A stretch of DNA of 64,000 nt from Candidatus Latescibacterota bacterium. GTDB taxonomy: Bacteria > Krumholzibacteriota > Krumholzibacteriia > Krumholzibacteriales > Krumholzibacteriaceae. Numbering within the stretch: the first letter of the stretch is position 1; every line of letters begins with the position of its first letter. Positions 46,495 to 56,403 of this stretch are shown piece after piece. The DNA lies in the NCBI GenBank assembly GCA_019038625.1, contig JAHOYU010000078.1:1687-65686 (forward strand). Reading direction: 5' to 3'. The translations under genes were made by a program, and so were the position numbers. The notes under the pieces are model-generated. The model did not search any database, was not told the origin of the DNA, and saw only the letters and a program-made list of their open reading frames with translations.

Positions 46495-47898
46495 TTGAAA
46501 AGAGCAAAGATAATATGTACGATCGGTCCAGCTTCGAGGGACGAAGACACTCTGAAGAAGCTTGTGGATGCGGGGATGAACGTGGCGAGGATCAATTTCT
46601 CTCACGGGAGTCATGCGGACCATCTGGAAGTAGTAAAAAGGATACGGGGAATCAGCGGTACGGTCGCTGTCATGCAGGACCTGCAGGGTCCGAAGATAAG
46701 GGTGGGCGAGCTTGATGATGGGGGTGTAGTCCTGGTCAGGGGAAGCGAGATCGTCCTGACTACGGGGGGCGACCCTGTCGAAGACGGGATGATCCCGGTG
46801 ACATATACCAGCCTGCCAGACGATGTCGTTCCAGGGAACAGCATATTTTTGAACGATGGATTGATCCATCTATCGGTAAAAAGTATCAAGGACAGGAAAG
46901 TCACCTGTGATGTGGTCCATGGAGGACTGCTGACTTCAAGAAAGGGAGTCAACCTGCCCGGCGTCAAGATCAGTTCCCCGGCGCTTACAGAAAAAGACAG
47001 GGAAGATCTGGATTTCGGCCTCGATATCGGGGTGGATTATGTCGCCCTGTCATTTGTGAGAAGCCCTGATGAAGTCCTTGAAATACAGGATATTATAAAT
47101 CACGCGGATTCTTCCGCTCGCGTGATCGCGAAGATCGAGAAACAGGAGGCACTCGACTGTATCGACAAGATCATAGAGGTCGCCGACGGGATAATGATCG
47201 CAAGGGGGGACCTGGGGGTGGAGATCCCGGCGGAGGAAGTGCCGATCGTCCAGAAGGAGCTTATCAATGCCTGTTTGAAAAGAGGCAAACCGGTGATCAC
47301 CGCGACTCAGATGCTCGAGTCGATGGTCTCGTCTGAAAGGCCTACGAGAGCAGAGGCGAGCGATGTTGCCAACGCTGTCATAGATGGTACAGATGCCGTC
47401 ATGCTGTCCGCCGAGACGGCGACGGGCAAGTTTCCGGTAAGGACAGTCAGAGTGATGTCCAGGATCATTGAAAAGGCAGAGGAGTTCAGTCTGTGCCGGC
47501 GGGAAAAGATCAGCCAGGGTGAAGTGATAACCTCAGACAAGGATATGATATTCACCGATGCTATATGTTCGGGTGTGGCTGCTGTGGCCAGAGATATCGA
47601 TGCCACCGCGATCGCCGTCCTGACCCATGGAGGACATACAGCCAGATTGATATCCAGACGCAGGCCGAATGTACCTGTACTGGCACTGACAGATTTTCTG
47701 CCTGTTGTCAGGCAGATGGCTCTTGTGTGGGGAGTGAGAGGCATCTCTGTCGAATGTATTGAAGAGACCGAGGCTATCTTCGCTATTGTCAAGGATATGG
47801 TGAGGAAAGTGGGGTTCAGCGGAAAGGTAGTGGTCACTGCCGGAATCCCGACTAAAGAGAGAAGGCCGAGCAATACCATTCATGTAATTGACATTTAA
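46495..47898 (+). CDS. pyk: Pyruvate kinase
   Basis: KIICTIGP, RINFSHG, IAKIE, MIARGDLGVE, ATQMLESM; TTG start after GGAGG. Confidence 0.97.
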   Translation: MKRAKIICTIGPASRDEDTLKKLVDAGMNVARINFSHGSHADHLEVVKRIRGISGTVAVMQDLQGPKIRVGELDDGGVVLVRGSEIVLTTGGDPVEDGMIPVTYTSLPDDVVPGNSIFLNDGLIHLSVKSIKDRKVTCDVVHGGLLTSRKGVNLPGVKISSPALTEKDREDLDFGLDIGVDYVALSFVRSPDEVLEIQDIINHADSSARVIAKIEKQEALDCIDKIIEVADGIMIARGDLGVEIPAEEVPIVQKELINACLKRGKPVITATQMLESMVSSERPTRAEASDVANAVIDGTDAVMLSAETATGKFPVRTVRVMSRIIEKAEEFSLCRREKISQGEVITSDKDMIFTDAICSGVAAVARDIDATAIAVLTHGGHTARLISRRRPNVPVLALTDFLPVVRQMALVWGVRGISVECIEETEAIFAIVKDMVRKVGFSGKVVVTAGIPTKERRPSNTIHVIDI

Positions 47899-47952
47899 GG
47901 AAAGAAACTTTACGCGCTAGGGGCGACCGTTAAATATTTTTATTATCAAGGA

Positions 47953-47981
47953 GCAGGGGATTATTCCCCTGTTTTTCTTTT
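47953..47981 (+). terminator. pyk terminator
   Basis: CAGGGGA-TTAT-TCCCCTG followed by a T-rich tail. Confidence 0.75.
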
Positions 47982-48106
47982 ATGACCCTGAATTTGCCGG
48001 GCAGAGCCGCCTGGCGAGGGCGCAACCCGTTTTATATAAAGGAGTTAAAAACCGTCTGGCTGAAGGGTGGGATGGGGGGCTTGTGCTGTCCCGTTATTCA
48101 TAGTAA

Positions 48107-48246
48107 ATGGCCCCTTCTGGCATGGTACTTGATGTATCGTATAACCAGTACCATTGAGCCCGCGGAAGCTCTTTCTGAATACGGGGCCTCCCCCCCCAAC
48201 GTTAAGAGAATGGCTCAGGTAGGGTACTGAAAACCGAAGGGGCCAT
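48107..48246. ncRNA. Unassigned structured RNA candidate (rod-like, about 140 nt)
   Basis: ATGGCCCCTTC/GAAGGGGCCAT closing stem; nested CAGTACC/GGTACTG, TGAGCC/GGCTCA, CTCTT/AAGAG, GGGG/CCCC; lies between two terminators. Confidence 0.45.
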
Positions 48247-48282
48247 GAGCAGCAAGATTTCTTCTTTACCTTCGGGACCATA

Positions 48283-48314
48283 GGGACGGGCAGGACCACC
48301 CGTCCCGTTTTTTT
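48283..48314 (+). terminator. Rho-independent terminator
   Basis: GGGACGGG-loop-CCCGTCCC followed by T7. Confidence 0.8.
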
Positions 48315-48326
48315 ATCCATTCCTTT

Positions 48327-48355
48327 TTGACATCTAAAGGATTATTATGTAGCTT
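48327..48355 (+). promoter_or_regulatory. Sigma70 promoter for the citrate lyase genes
   Basis: TTGACA-N17-TAGCTT. Confidence 0.6.
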
Positions 48356-48463
48356 GTTTCATGCTCGTCCGTTTATATATCGAGCTGTCCAGGAAAAGTG
48401 TCCGGCCGTCTGTCTGGCCGGGTAGTATTCGTAGATAGGGGCCTTATCTTACCGGAGTTGATC

Positions 48464-49672
48464 ATGAGTGATATGAACGAGACTCGTGTTGGCAGAGAGG
48501 AGAAAAAAGGTGATCTTTCAGTTCTCCTCAAAAAGAAAGACAAAGGCGGAATCTCGATCGAGGTCGAGAGCAGCGTCGGACATATGTTCGGAGATCAGAT
48601 CAGGAAGACTGTCGAAGAGACCCTCGATCGGCTTGGTGTCGCAGATGCGGATATAAAAGTAGCCGATATGGGAGCATTTGATTACGTCATCCAGGCACGC
48701 GTGGAAGCTGCCGCCAGGAGGGTGTTCGAGATATCGGGCCCCGGGGTCCTACCGGATACCGTAGTAGAATACGATGAGGCGCGCAGGGACAGGCTCCGGC
48801 GGACCAGGCTCTACATGCCGGGGAACAATCCCGACCTTATGAGGAACGGAGGGTTGTTCGGCGCTGACTGCGTTATCCTTGACCTGGAAGATTCAGTATC
48901 TCCCCGGGAGAAAGACGCCGCGCGAGTCCTGATAAGAAACACACTGATAACAATAGATTATGGAAAGGCCGAAAGGATCGTAAGGATCAACCCCATGTCG
49001 ACAGAGTTCGGAGCGGACGATCTGAAGATGATAATCCCTGCCAGGCCAAATACGATCCTCATCCCGAAATGCGAGACCGCTGCCGATGTGACCGCAGTGG
49101 AAAAGATAGTCGAGGAGATTGAGAAACGTGAGAACATAGAGACCCCGACGCTGCTGATGCCATTGATCGAGACGGCGAATGGTATTCTCAACGCACGGGA
49201 GATCGGATCTTCGAGCAGTAGAGTGGTCGCGCTCTGTTTCGGCGCGGAAGACTTTACCGCGGATATCGGAGTCGCACGGACCAGAGAGGGTGGGGAGAGC
49301 CTGACGGCAAGATGTATGCTGGTGCTTGGAGCGAAAGCCTCCGGCGTCCAGGCGATCGACACGGTCTTCTCCGACATCAATGATATCGAGGGGCTGATCG
49401 AATCGACCCGCGAGGCGATGGCTCTCGGATTCGAGGGCAAGGGCGTCATCCATCCTTCGCAGATAAAGCCGATACACGAGGTGTTTTCGCCTACCCCCGA
49501 GAGAATAGAGTACGCGAAGAAAGTCGTGGCGGCGATCGAAAAAGCGAGAGCCAGTGGCAGCGGGGTGGCCACGATCGGAAGCAAGATGGTAGACGCGCCC
49601 ATAGAGTTGCGGGCAAGGAAGATCCTGAAACTGGCCGAAGCGCTTGGCCTTCTGGGCGAGGACGAAAAATGA
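48464..49672 (+). CDS. citE: Citrate lyase gamma (ACP)-beta (CitD-CitE) fusion
   Basis: CitD-like ESSVGHMFGDQI..DMGAFDYVIQARV, then RRTRLYMPGN, DLEDSV, GAEDF, IHPSQI, MVDAP. Confidence 0.88.
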   Translation: MSDMNETRVGREEKKGDLSVLLKKKDKGGISIEVESSVGHMFGDQIRKTVEETLDRLGVADADIKVADMGAFDYVIQARVEAAARRVFEISGPGVLPDTVVEYDEARRDRLRRTRLYMPGNNPDLMRNGGLFGADCVILDLEDSVSPREKDAARVLIRNTLITIDYGKAERIVRINPMSTEFGADDLKMIIPARPNTILIPKCETAADVTAVEKIVEEIEKRENIETPTLLMPLIETANGILNAREIGSSSSRVVALCFGAEDFTADIGVARTREGGESLTARCMLVLGAKASGVQAIDTVFSDINDIEGLIESTREAMALGFEGKGVIHPSQIKPIHEVFSPTPERIEYAKKVVAAIEKARASGSGVATIGSKMVDAPIELRARKILKLAEALGLLGEDEK

Positions 49673-49754
49673 TAGACACCTCCGGCCGGTACCCGGTCCG
49701 GAAGGTGGAAAAGTATACGACTATTGAAAAAGAATGGGGGTAAGGATCGTGAAG

Positions 49755-51293
49755 ATGGTCCGCAATGCCGTTGGGAGAATGATTCCTGAGGAGATCGATG
49801 GAAAAAAGATAAAGCCTTTCATGGGTGCCCACGAGGATCACGGAGGCGGAAGAAAAGCAGCACCTCCGATCCGCGCTGTCGTCGATTACGAGAACAAGAT
49901 GCTGGCTTCTCTCGACGAGGCGATCGAAGCATGCGAGATCAGGAACGGCATGACGGTCTCTTTTCATCATCATCTTAGAAATGGCGATCACGTCGTCAAT
50001 ATGGTAGTCGACAAACTCGCCAGAAAGGGGTTGAAGAACCTCACTCTGGCACCTTCCGCCCTCTTTCCAGTACACGAGCCCCTGGTGCAGCATGTAGAGA
50101 ACGGCGTGATATCACATATCGAGGGCTCGATGAACGGGCCGGTCGGCCGCGCCTGTTCTCTCGGAAAGATGAGTAAGACATGTATCCTTCGATCGCATGG
50201 AGGCAGATACAGGGCTATTCAGGATGGTGACCTCCACGTCGACGTCGCCTTCATCGCGGCACCTGTCGCAGACTCTTTAGGAAACTGCAACGGATACGGG
50301 GGCCCCTCCGCATGCGGAGTGATGAGCTACGCTCTTGCGGACTCCCTCTACGCGGACAAGGTCGTAGTCCTGACCGACAATCTGGTACCTTTTCCGAATT
50401 ATCCCTGGATAATCCGCGGCGGAAACGTCGATTATATCTGCCAGCTGGAGAATCTCGGTGATCCGGAAAAGATAGTGTCCGGGACAACGAGGATCACCAA
50501 AAGCCCGACAAGACAGCTGATAGCGGAGTATGCCGCGAGGCTGGTCAGCGATCTTGGCCTGATGGAAGAACCGGAGTTTTCCTTCCAGGCAGGAGCGGGG
50601 GGCATATCGCTCGCCTTCCTGAAGTATATGGGGGACATGCTTCGTGAAAAGGGGCTTAAAGCCTCTTTCGCCCGCGGTGGGTCGAACAAGTTCCTCGTCG
50701 ATCTTCTGGAGGAGGGTCTGATAGAGTATATCCTGGACGGCCAGTGTTTCGACCAGGTCGGAGTCCGCTCTCTCGGGGAGAATCCGCGCCACATCGAAAC
50801 AGACCCTTTCACCTCATATAATTATCATACGAAGGGAAACTTCGCTACGAGAGTAAAGGCCGCCGTACTCGGCGCGACCGAGATAGATGTCGATTTCAAT
50901 GTGAATGTAAACACGCATTCCGATGGATGGCTTCTTCACGGTATCGGTGGGTTCGCCGATGTCTGCGACGCCTGGTGTACGATCATAACGGTGCCCCTGC
51001 ACAGGGGAAGGCTGGCTACGATCGTCGACAGCGTCACGACTGTGACAGTGCCCGGTGAGACCGTCGATGTACTCGTCACAGAGCGGGGTATAGCCGTAAA
51101 TCCTGCCAGGACCGATATCCTGGAACGTCTTAAAGATACGGACCTGCCTGTCGTACCAATCGAAAAACTGAGGAAGATGGCGCTGGATCTTGCCGGCGAA
51201 CCGAAAAAACCGGAGTTCGAGGAGCGGATAGTCGCCCTCATAGAATACCGGGATGGCACGGTTATTGATACTGTCCGGCAATTGAAGGCATAG
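49755..51293 (+). CDS. citF: Citrate lyase alpha subunit (CoA-transferase)
   Basis: SFHHHLRNGD, RSHGGR, FQAGAGG, VTERGIAVNP, YRDGTVID. Confidence 0.93.
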   Translation: MVRNAVGRMIPEEIDGKKIKPFMGAHEDHGGGRKAAPPIRAVVDYENKMLASLDEAIEACEIRNGMTVSFHHHLRNGDHVVNMVVDKLARKGLKNLTLAPSALFPVHEPLVQHVENGVISHIEGSMNGPVGRACSLGKMSKTCILRSHGGRYRAIQDGDLHVDVAFIAAPVADSLGNCNGYGGPSACGVMSYALADSLYADKVVVLTDNLVPFPNYPWIIRGGNVDYICQLENLGDPEKIVSGTTRITKSPTRQLIAEYAARLVSDLGLMEEPEFSFQAGAGGISLAFLKYMGDMLREKGLKASFARGGSNKFLVDLLEEGLIEYILDGQCFDQVGVRSLGENPRHIETDPFTSYNYHTKGNFATRVKAAVLGATEIDVDFNVNVNTHSDGWLLHGIGGFADVCDAWCTIITVPLHRGRLATIVDSVTTVTVPGETVDVLVTERGIAVNPARTDILERLKDTDLPVVPIEKLRKMALDLAGEPKKPEFEERIVALIEYRDGTVIDTVRQLKA

Positions 51294-51406
51294 AGGGGCC
51301 CATCTGACTTCAGTGCAGCGCTTCGGGTCCCCAGCCCGAGCGATTTTCAAAATAATCCGTAATGCGCGGAACTACGCGCGGTTCTGTCTATAACAAGGGA
51401 GTTGTC

Positions 51407-53341
51407 GTGCCTGACTCCAGCGGGGCCATTTCAAAAACCCTGGCAGACCGATTGACAGGTTATGCCGTAAATACCGGCAATTTTGTGTCTGACTCTTACA
51501 GGATCCTTACCCTTTCTCTGAAAGACAGCGTTACACTTGAAGCCAGATCGGCGAAGGATGTCCTGAATAAAAATGGCAGCCTCTCATATATCACCAGGAA
51601 GACGAGTCGTTCCGCCGCTATGACCGAGATCTTTTTCGGAGACCCGGACAAGAGACAGTCCGGGATCATGGAAGCAGCTTGTGAATATATTGAGCGGCGC
51701 ATCGACGGGGGTATGGAGCTTCTTTACTTGGACAAGCTGATGGGCCTTCATCCGGACCACTCACATTATTGCAGGACCATTATCACCCCGGAATTTGCCA
51801 GGATGCTTGTGATGTGGGACAGGCTGATATTCGACGTTCCAGAGGAGAGGTTGGGTGGTGGGCCGGACCAGGTACAGGTCATGATCCCTGAATGGGCGGA
51901 ATACGCAAGGCTGAACGGATTGCCGGAGGTGGCTATCCTGGTGGATGCAGTGAATAATGTGACCTTTGCTCTCGGAAGCGATTATTTCGGCGAGATCAAG
52001 AAAGGTCATCTCCGCATGGCGATGTACCGTGAAAAACTGAAATACAGGGATGGTTCCGGTGGTGGCCTGGGAGTGCATGCCGGTGGAAAAGTGATCAGGG
52101 CGAAGGATTCAGCGAGCGGAAGGCTGGAGGAAAAGGGAGCACTTTTTTTTGGACTGAGCGGCACTGGAAAGACGACGCTCTCTGTCCATCACTTCTGGCT
52201 CGATCCCGAGCAGGGCGAGTCCGTAATAATCAGGCAGGACGATTTTTTTGTGCTGGCCGCCGACTCTGCGGCCTTCGGGACCGAAGACAATGCCTATATA
52301 AAGACTGAAGGGCTGGAGCCGAAAAGCCAGCAGCTGCTTTTTGAGGGCGCGATGAGTCCACACTCGATACTGGAGAATGTGTATGTCGACCCAGAGACGC
52401 TCGAACCCGATTTCTTCAGGTTCGACCACCCCTGGACTCCCGGGGGAATGTGCTATAACGGCCGGGGAATAGTCATAAGAAAAGAACTCGATTTCACAGA
52501 TGACAGGGTCGATCTTGACAGGGTAGATATGATCTTTTTTATCACGCGAAGGGAAACGGTCATTCCCCCTGTCATGCGCCTCAGCACGGAGCAGGCTGCC
52601 GCAGCCTTTATGCTCGGAGAGTCTATCCTGACCTCCGCGGCGGATCCGACGAAGGCGGGCCAGTCGGTTCTCGAAGTGGGGACCAATCCGTTCATCGTAG
52701 GCTCGGGAGGAGAGGAAGGGAATATCTTCTACAGTATTCTTAAAAATAATCCTCATATCAGGTGTTATCTTTTCAATACCGGTGGGTTTGGAGGAAGGAA
52801 CGTGGATGCCGGCTCGGAAAACCTCGCTGGTGAAGGTGTGATGGAAGTGTTGAAAAGTTACCTTGCGGGGCAATGGCAGGAGGGAAAGGGATGTCTCGTC
52901 CGGCGGAAACTGATGGACGGGGCCGAGGAGGAATTCAAAGTGGAGCGAGTCCGCCTGGAACTCGATGGGGACGGCAGGCGGTACAGGTCGCGTGGGGAGA
53001 TCCAGACGGTCGTAGACATGGTTGAGGCCGGGGAAATCGACGCGAAGGATTTCCAGCTGGTCAGAGTCGAAGTACTGGCTGGCCAGAAAGTAAAGATACA
53101 GGATTCATCAGCCTTTATCAGAGAGATCGCCAGGGGGACGGTGGAGTGGGCGAAAGAAGATTACTGGGGATACGATGTTCCCACGTCGATGCCTGGTATG
53201 GATCTTTCGCGGTTCGATGAAAAGAGATACTACACAGAATCAGAGATCAAAGAGTTGAAGGACAGGATCAGGGCCGAAAGGATCGAGTGGCTGCATTCGT
53301 TCGATGACCTCGATCCTGAGATCAGGGATATTTTCGGGTAA
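51407..53341 (+). CDS. pckA: PEP carboxykinase (ATP)
   Basis: YFGEIKKG, FGLSGTGKTTLS, QDD, NTGG; start uncertain (51362 or GTG at 51407). Confidence 0.88.
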   Translation: MPDSSGAISKTLADRLTGYAVNTGNFVSDSYRILTLSLKDSVTLEARSAKDVLNKNGSLSYITRKTSRSAAMTEIFFGDPDKRQSGIMEAACEYIERRIDGGMELLYLDKLMGLHPDHSHYCRTIITPEFARMLVMWDRLIFDVPEERLGGGPDQVQVMIPEWAEYARLNGLPEVAILVDAVNNVTFALGSDYFGEIKKGHLRMAMYREKLKYRDGSGGGLGVHAGGKVIRAKDSASGRLEEKGALFFGLSGTGKTTLSVHHFWLDPEQGESVIIRQDDFFVLAADSAAFGTEDNAYIKTEGLEPKSQQLLFEGAMSPHSILENVYVDPETLEPDFFRFDHPWTPGGMCYNGRGIVIRKELDFTDDRVDLDRVDMIFFITRRETVIPPVMRLSTEQAAAAFMLGESILTSAADPTKAGQSVLEVGTNPFIVGSGGEEGNIFYSILKNNPHIRCYLFNTGGFGGRNVDAGSENLAGEGVMEVLKSYLAGQWQEGKGCLVRRKLMDGAEEEFKVERVRLELDGDGRRYRSRGEIQTVVDMVEAGEIDAKDFQLVRVEVLAGQKVKIQDSSAFIREIARGTVEWAKEDYWGYDVPTSMPGMDLSRFDEKRYYTESEIKELKDRIRAERIEWLHSFDDLDPEIRDIFG

Positions 53342-53409
53342 TCCGAAACCAGCCAATAGCTTACGGACGCAAAGCCGGAATCGAATCTTTATTCTCCAAA
53401 AGCACTCAC

Positions 53410-53437
53410 TTGACAGATGAGAGATCTGGTGTATACT
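53410..53437 (+). promoter_or_regulatory. Sigma70 promoter
   Basis: TTGACA-N16-TATACT upstream of GGAGG and the ATG at 53466. Confidence 0.7.
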
Positions 53438-53465
53438 CGACGGACTACAGATATTGGAGGCATCA

Positions 53466-53825
53466 ATGAGATTCTTACGGGGAAATTCGATTCGGTTCAT
53501 AGTCTTCCCGGTACTCCTTGCCATCTCATTCGTCCTTCTTCCGCTGAGATCACATGCCCGCGACGAAAGCCTGATCAAGATCGAAGTACAGGCCATGTAT
53601 GATACCGGGCAGTTCGGGGAGCCGGGGCACGACCCGTTCCTCAGCAGATTTCAGCCGGGGGGACAGGGATCAAATGGAGACCGCGAAGGGGGATCCCTTA
53701 CCGACCCTGACTCCGGACAAAACGGAGAAGGGCAGGGAGGCCCACCTCTCTCGGAATGGGATATTGAGACTATTATCCGGACCCTGGGCAAGAGCCTGGT
53801 CGGAACAATCAATCAGCTGTTCTGA
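53466..53825 (+). CDS. Small secreted protein (signal peptide plus G/Q/D-rich mature part)
   Basis: Promoter and RBS; MRFLR..VLLAISFVLLPLRSHA signal peptide. Confidence 0.65.
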   Translation: MRFLRGNSIRFIVFPVLLAISFVLLPLRSHARDESLIKIEVQAMYDTGQFGEPGHDPFLSRFQPGGQGSNGDREGGSLTDPDSGQNGEGQGGPPLSEWDIETIIRTLGKSLVGTINQLF

Positions 53826-53901
53826 TCTCTTGTCCGTGTGTGAGAAATAGTGCCATTAACCAGACCGGGTGGTATCCGCCAGGAATCTGACGCGGAGGAC
53901 C

Positions 53902-56337
53902 ATGCCGGAGAGCCGACCAGATATGGTTGAAGTAGATAAACTGATTCGCAGGATCGAATCTTATGTGGACAGCAAGGATTACAGGTCTGCCCTGTCGACT
54001 CTTGACCGTTCGGACTGGCTGGACCTTGCCGAGATCCCTTCGGCCGGGCACAGGGAACTGTCGCTTCTTCTCGCCAGGACACTTTATAACTCGTATGAAC
54101 ATGACAGAGCCTCTTCGGTCCTCGACACCCTGCTCGATCTCTATCCCGATATCCGGGCAGAAAAAGACTTTATTTTCCTCAAGTCTCAGATATTGATCAA
54201 GACCGGAGACCCTTCCGGAGCCGAGAGACTGCTTCGCGCGTCTCTGGATGATGAACATAGCCGGGAAGACGAATTTTTCCTGAGATTCTGCCTGGGCAAG
54301 GCCTGTTTCTGGAAAGGGGACTATCTCAGCGCGAATCTTCTCCTGGAGGCCTGCAGACAGTATTATCTCTCTTCCGATGACAGGTTCATGCTGGGTAATG
54401 TCCAGTATATGCTGGGCTATACGTCCTTTCAGAGGTCTTTCTTCGAACAGGCCGAGGAATACTATAATAACGCGACCGACTGTTTCAATATCACCGGCGA
54501 TGGGAAGCAGCTTGCGGCGACCTGTCATATGATGGGTATCCTTTTGTACCGGACCGGAAAATACAGAGAGGCTGAAGAACTTCTCATCAGGTCGGGCAAG
54601 TCATTCGAGACTCTCGGAGATTCCATCGGAGTAGCCGAATCCTGGATAGCCAGGGCCCGGGTGAACATGTATCTCGGAAAGTACAAAGATGCCGAGCGGC
54701 TGTTGGACAGGGCATACAGGAGGGCCAGAGAGTCGGGATACAGGAGAGGTGAGGCGCTTGCCGCCGAATTCCTCGGAGAGACGGCGCTTAAGAGAGGCGA
54801 TCATCTGAGGGCAGGGAGATTTCTTGTCAAAGCAGAAAGACTTGCTCTGGAAATAGCTCCTTCCGGGGATATAGCGGCCGAAGTGTACAGAAGACTTGGA
54901 GACCTCAACGTAGCCTGCGGAGACTTCGACGAAGCGAAGACTGTCCTGGAGAAGAGTATGAGGCTGACGACAAGCCTCCATGATGACTATGAGCTGGGTT
55001 GTGTCCTGCGGGCATTCGGTCGTCTCGAAGCCGCGATGGGACATTATGAGCTTTCAATGTCGTATTTTAACGAAGGTATATCGATTCTGCGCATGATCAA
55101 GGAATCGTTCGAGCTGGCGAACACATGCGTGTCGGCCGCGGAGGCTCTCACGGGATGGGCCAGGAAGGCCGACGGCGAAGGATCTGACAATAAAAGATTA
55201 TTCTCTGAAGCGAGGACTTATGCCATGGAGGCGGCTCACCTCTACCAGTCGATAGGACTGGAGGACGAGGTGTCCAGATGCGACAAGCTGACCGGGAAGC
55301 TGTTGAATGAATCCTGGCAGGAAGAGGATCTCTCGGGCTTTACAAGGTTGAAGTTCGATGACGAATGGCTTTGTGAGGGCTCTGCGGTCGCCAGGTCGGC
55401 TCAGATGCGCCACGTCGTGGCGAGGGCGGTCTCGCTCGCGTCCAGCACGATCCCGGTCCTGATCACGGGAGAGACGGGAACTGGCAAGGAAGTCATCGCC
55501 AGGCTCCTTCACCGGTGCAGCGACAGGGCTGACGGACCCTTTATCGCTATCAACTGCGCCTCTATAACAGAGAGTGTATTTGAAAGCGAGCTGTTCGGTC
55601 ACCGAAAAGGCGCGTTCACCGGGGCCGACAGGGACAGGATGGGGATCATAGAGAGAGCCTCGGGAGGAACTCTTTTTCTCGACGAGATCTCTGAACTTTC
55701 AGTCTCACAGCAGGCGAAGCTTCTGAGATTCTTCCAGGAGCAAAAGATAAGAAGAGTAGGTGAATCGAAAGAACGACAGGTCAATATCAGGCTTGTCTCG
55801 GCATCGAACCAGAATCTCGAATCTCTGTTGAAAAACGGCGGGCTCAGGAAGGATTTTTACTACAGGGTGCTTACGGCGTCGATAGAGCTTGAACCGCTGA
55901 GAAGAAGGAAAGAAGATATAGAGGCGTTGTTCTCCTGGTACATGAGACAGTCGGGATGCGATCCCCTCGTCGAGAACGGGCTTGTGGAGCTTCTCAAGGT
56001 CTACCACTGGCCGGGGAATGTAAGGCAGTTGATAAGTGTCGTCAAGATACTGGCCATAATAGGTAAAAGCACGGGACGGATCGGAAGAAACGACCTGCCC
56101 GTGAATATCAGGAGCCACTACATCGGTGGGCTCGACAGCAGGACGACTGAGAATGGCAGTCCGCTGAAGACGAAGGAGATCCCTTCGATAGGACTTGTGA
56201 GGGATCCGCTGGAGATCCGGAGTCTCGTAATATCGAGTCTCGTAAAGACGAACGGGAACAAGTCAGCCGCCGCCAGGGAACTCGGTGTTTCGAGAAGCAC
56301 CTTCTACAGGGTGCTGAAGGACATGGATATTTATTAG
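53902..56337 (+). CDS. TPR-domain sigma54-dependent enhancer-binding protein
   Basis: About 480 aa of helical TPR-like repeats, [34 protein letters not shown], Fis-type HTH. Confidence 0.92.
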   Translation: MPESRPDMVEVDKLIRRIESYVDSKDYRSALSTLDRSDWLDLAEIPSAGHRELSLLLARTLYNSYEHDRASSVLDTLLDLYPDIRAEKDFIFLKSQILIKTGDPSGAERLLRASLDDEHSREDEFFLRFCLGKACFWKGDYLSANLLLEACRQYYLSSDDRFMLGNVQYMLGYTSFQRSFFEQAEEYYNNATDCFNITGDGKQLAATCHMMGILLYRTGKYREAEELLIRSGKSFETLGDSIGVAESWIARARVNMYLGKYKDAERLLDRAYRRARESGYRRGEALAAEFLGETALKRGDHLRAGRFLVKAERLALEIAPSGDIAAEVYRRLGDLNVACGDFDEAKTVLEKSMRLTTSLHDDYELGCVLRAFGRLEAAMGHYELSMSYFNEGISILRMIKESFELANTCVSAAEALTGWARKADGEGSDNKRLFSEARTYAMEAAHLYQSIGLEDEVSRCDKLTGKLLNESWQEEDLSGFTRLKFDDEWLCEGSAVARSAQMRHVVARAVSLASSTIPVLITGETGTGKEVIARLLHRCSDRADGPFIAINCASITESVFESELFGHRKGAFTGADRDRMGIIERASGGTLFLDEISELSVSQQAKLLRFFQEQKIRRVGESKERQVNIRLVSASNQNLESLLKNGGLRKDFYYRVLTASIELEPLRRRKEDIEALFSWYMRQSGCDPLVENGLVELLKVYHWPGNVRQLISVVKILAIIGKSTGRIGRNDLPVNIRSHYIGGLDSRTTENGSPLKTKEIPSIGLVRDPLEIRSLVISSLVKTNGNKSAAARELGVSRSTFYRVLKDMDIY

Positions 56338-56403
56338 ATTTCTGTTATATTCAATTTGTGATCTGGTTGTTTATTAATCCCGCCCCTGATATGTGAGGTC
56401 GAT

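Noticed and set aside
48107..48246. Firm 6S RNA, SRP RNA or glycine/SAM/TPP riboswitch call
   Set aside because: Bubble geometry, length and context do not match convincingly and diagnostic motifs are absent or out of order; kept only as unassigned
53336..53400. GGACGCAAAGCC resembling a c-di-GMP-I riboswitch core
   Set aside because: No GNRA-capped P2, tetraloop receptor or P3 visible, and it lies upstream of the predicted promoter, overlapping the pckA stop
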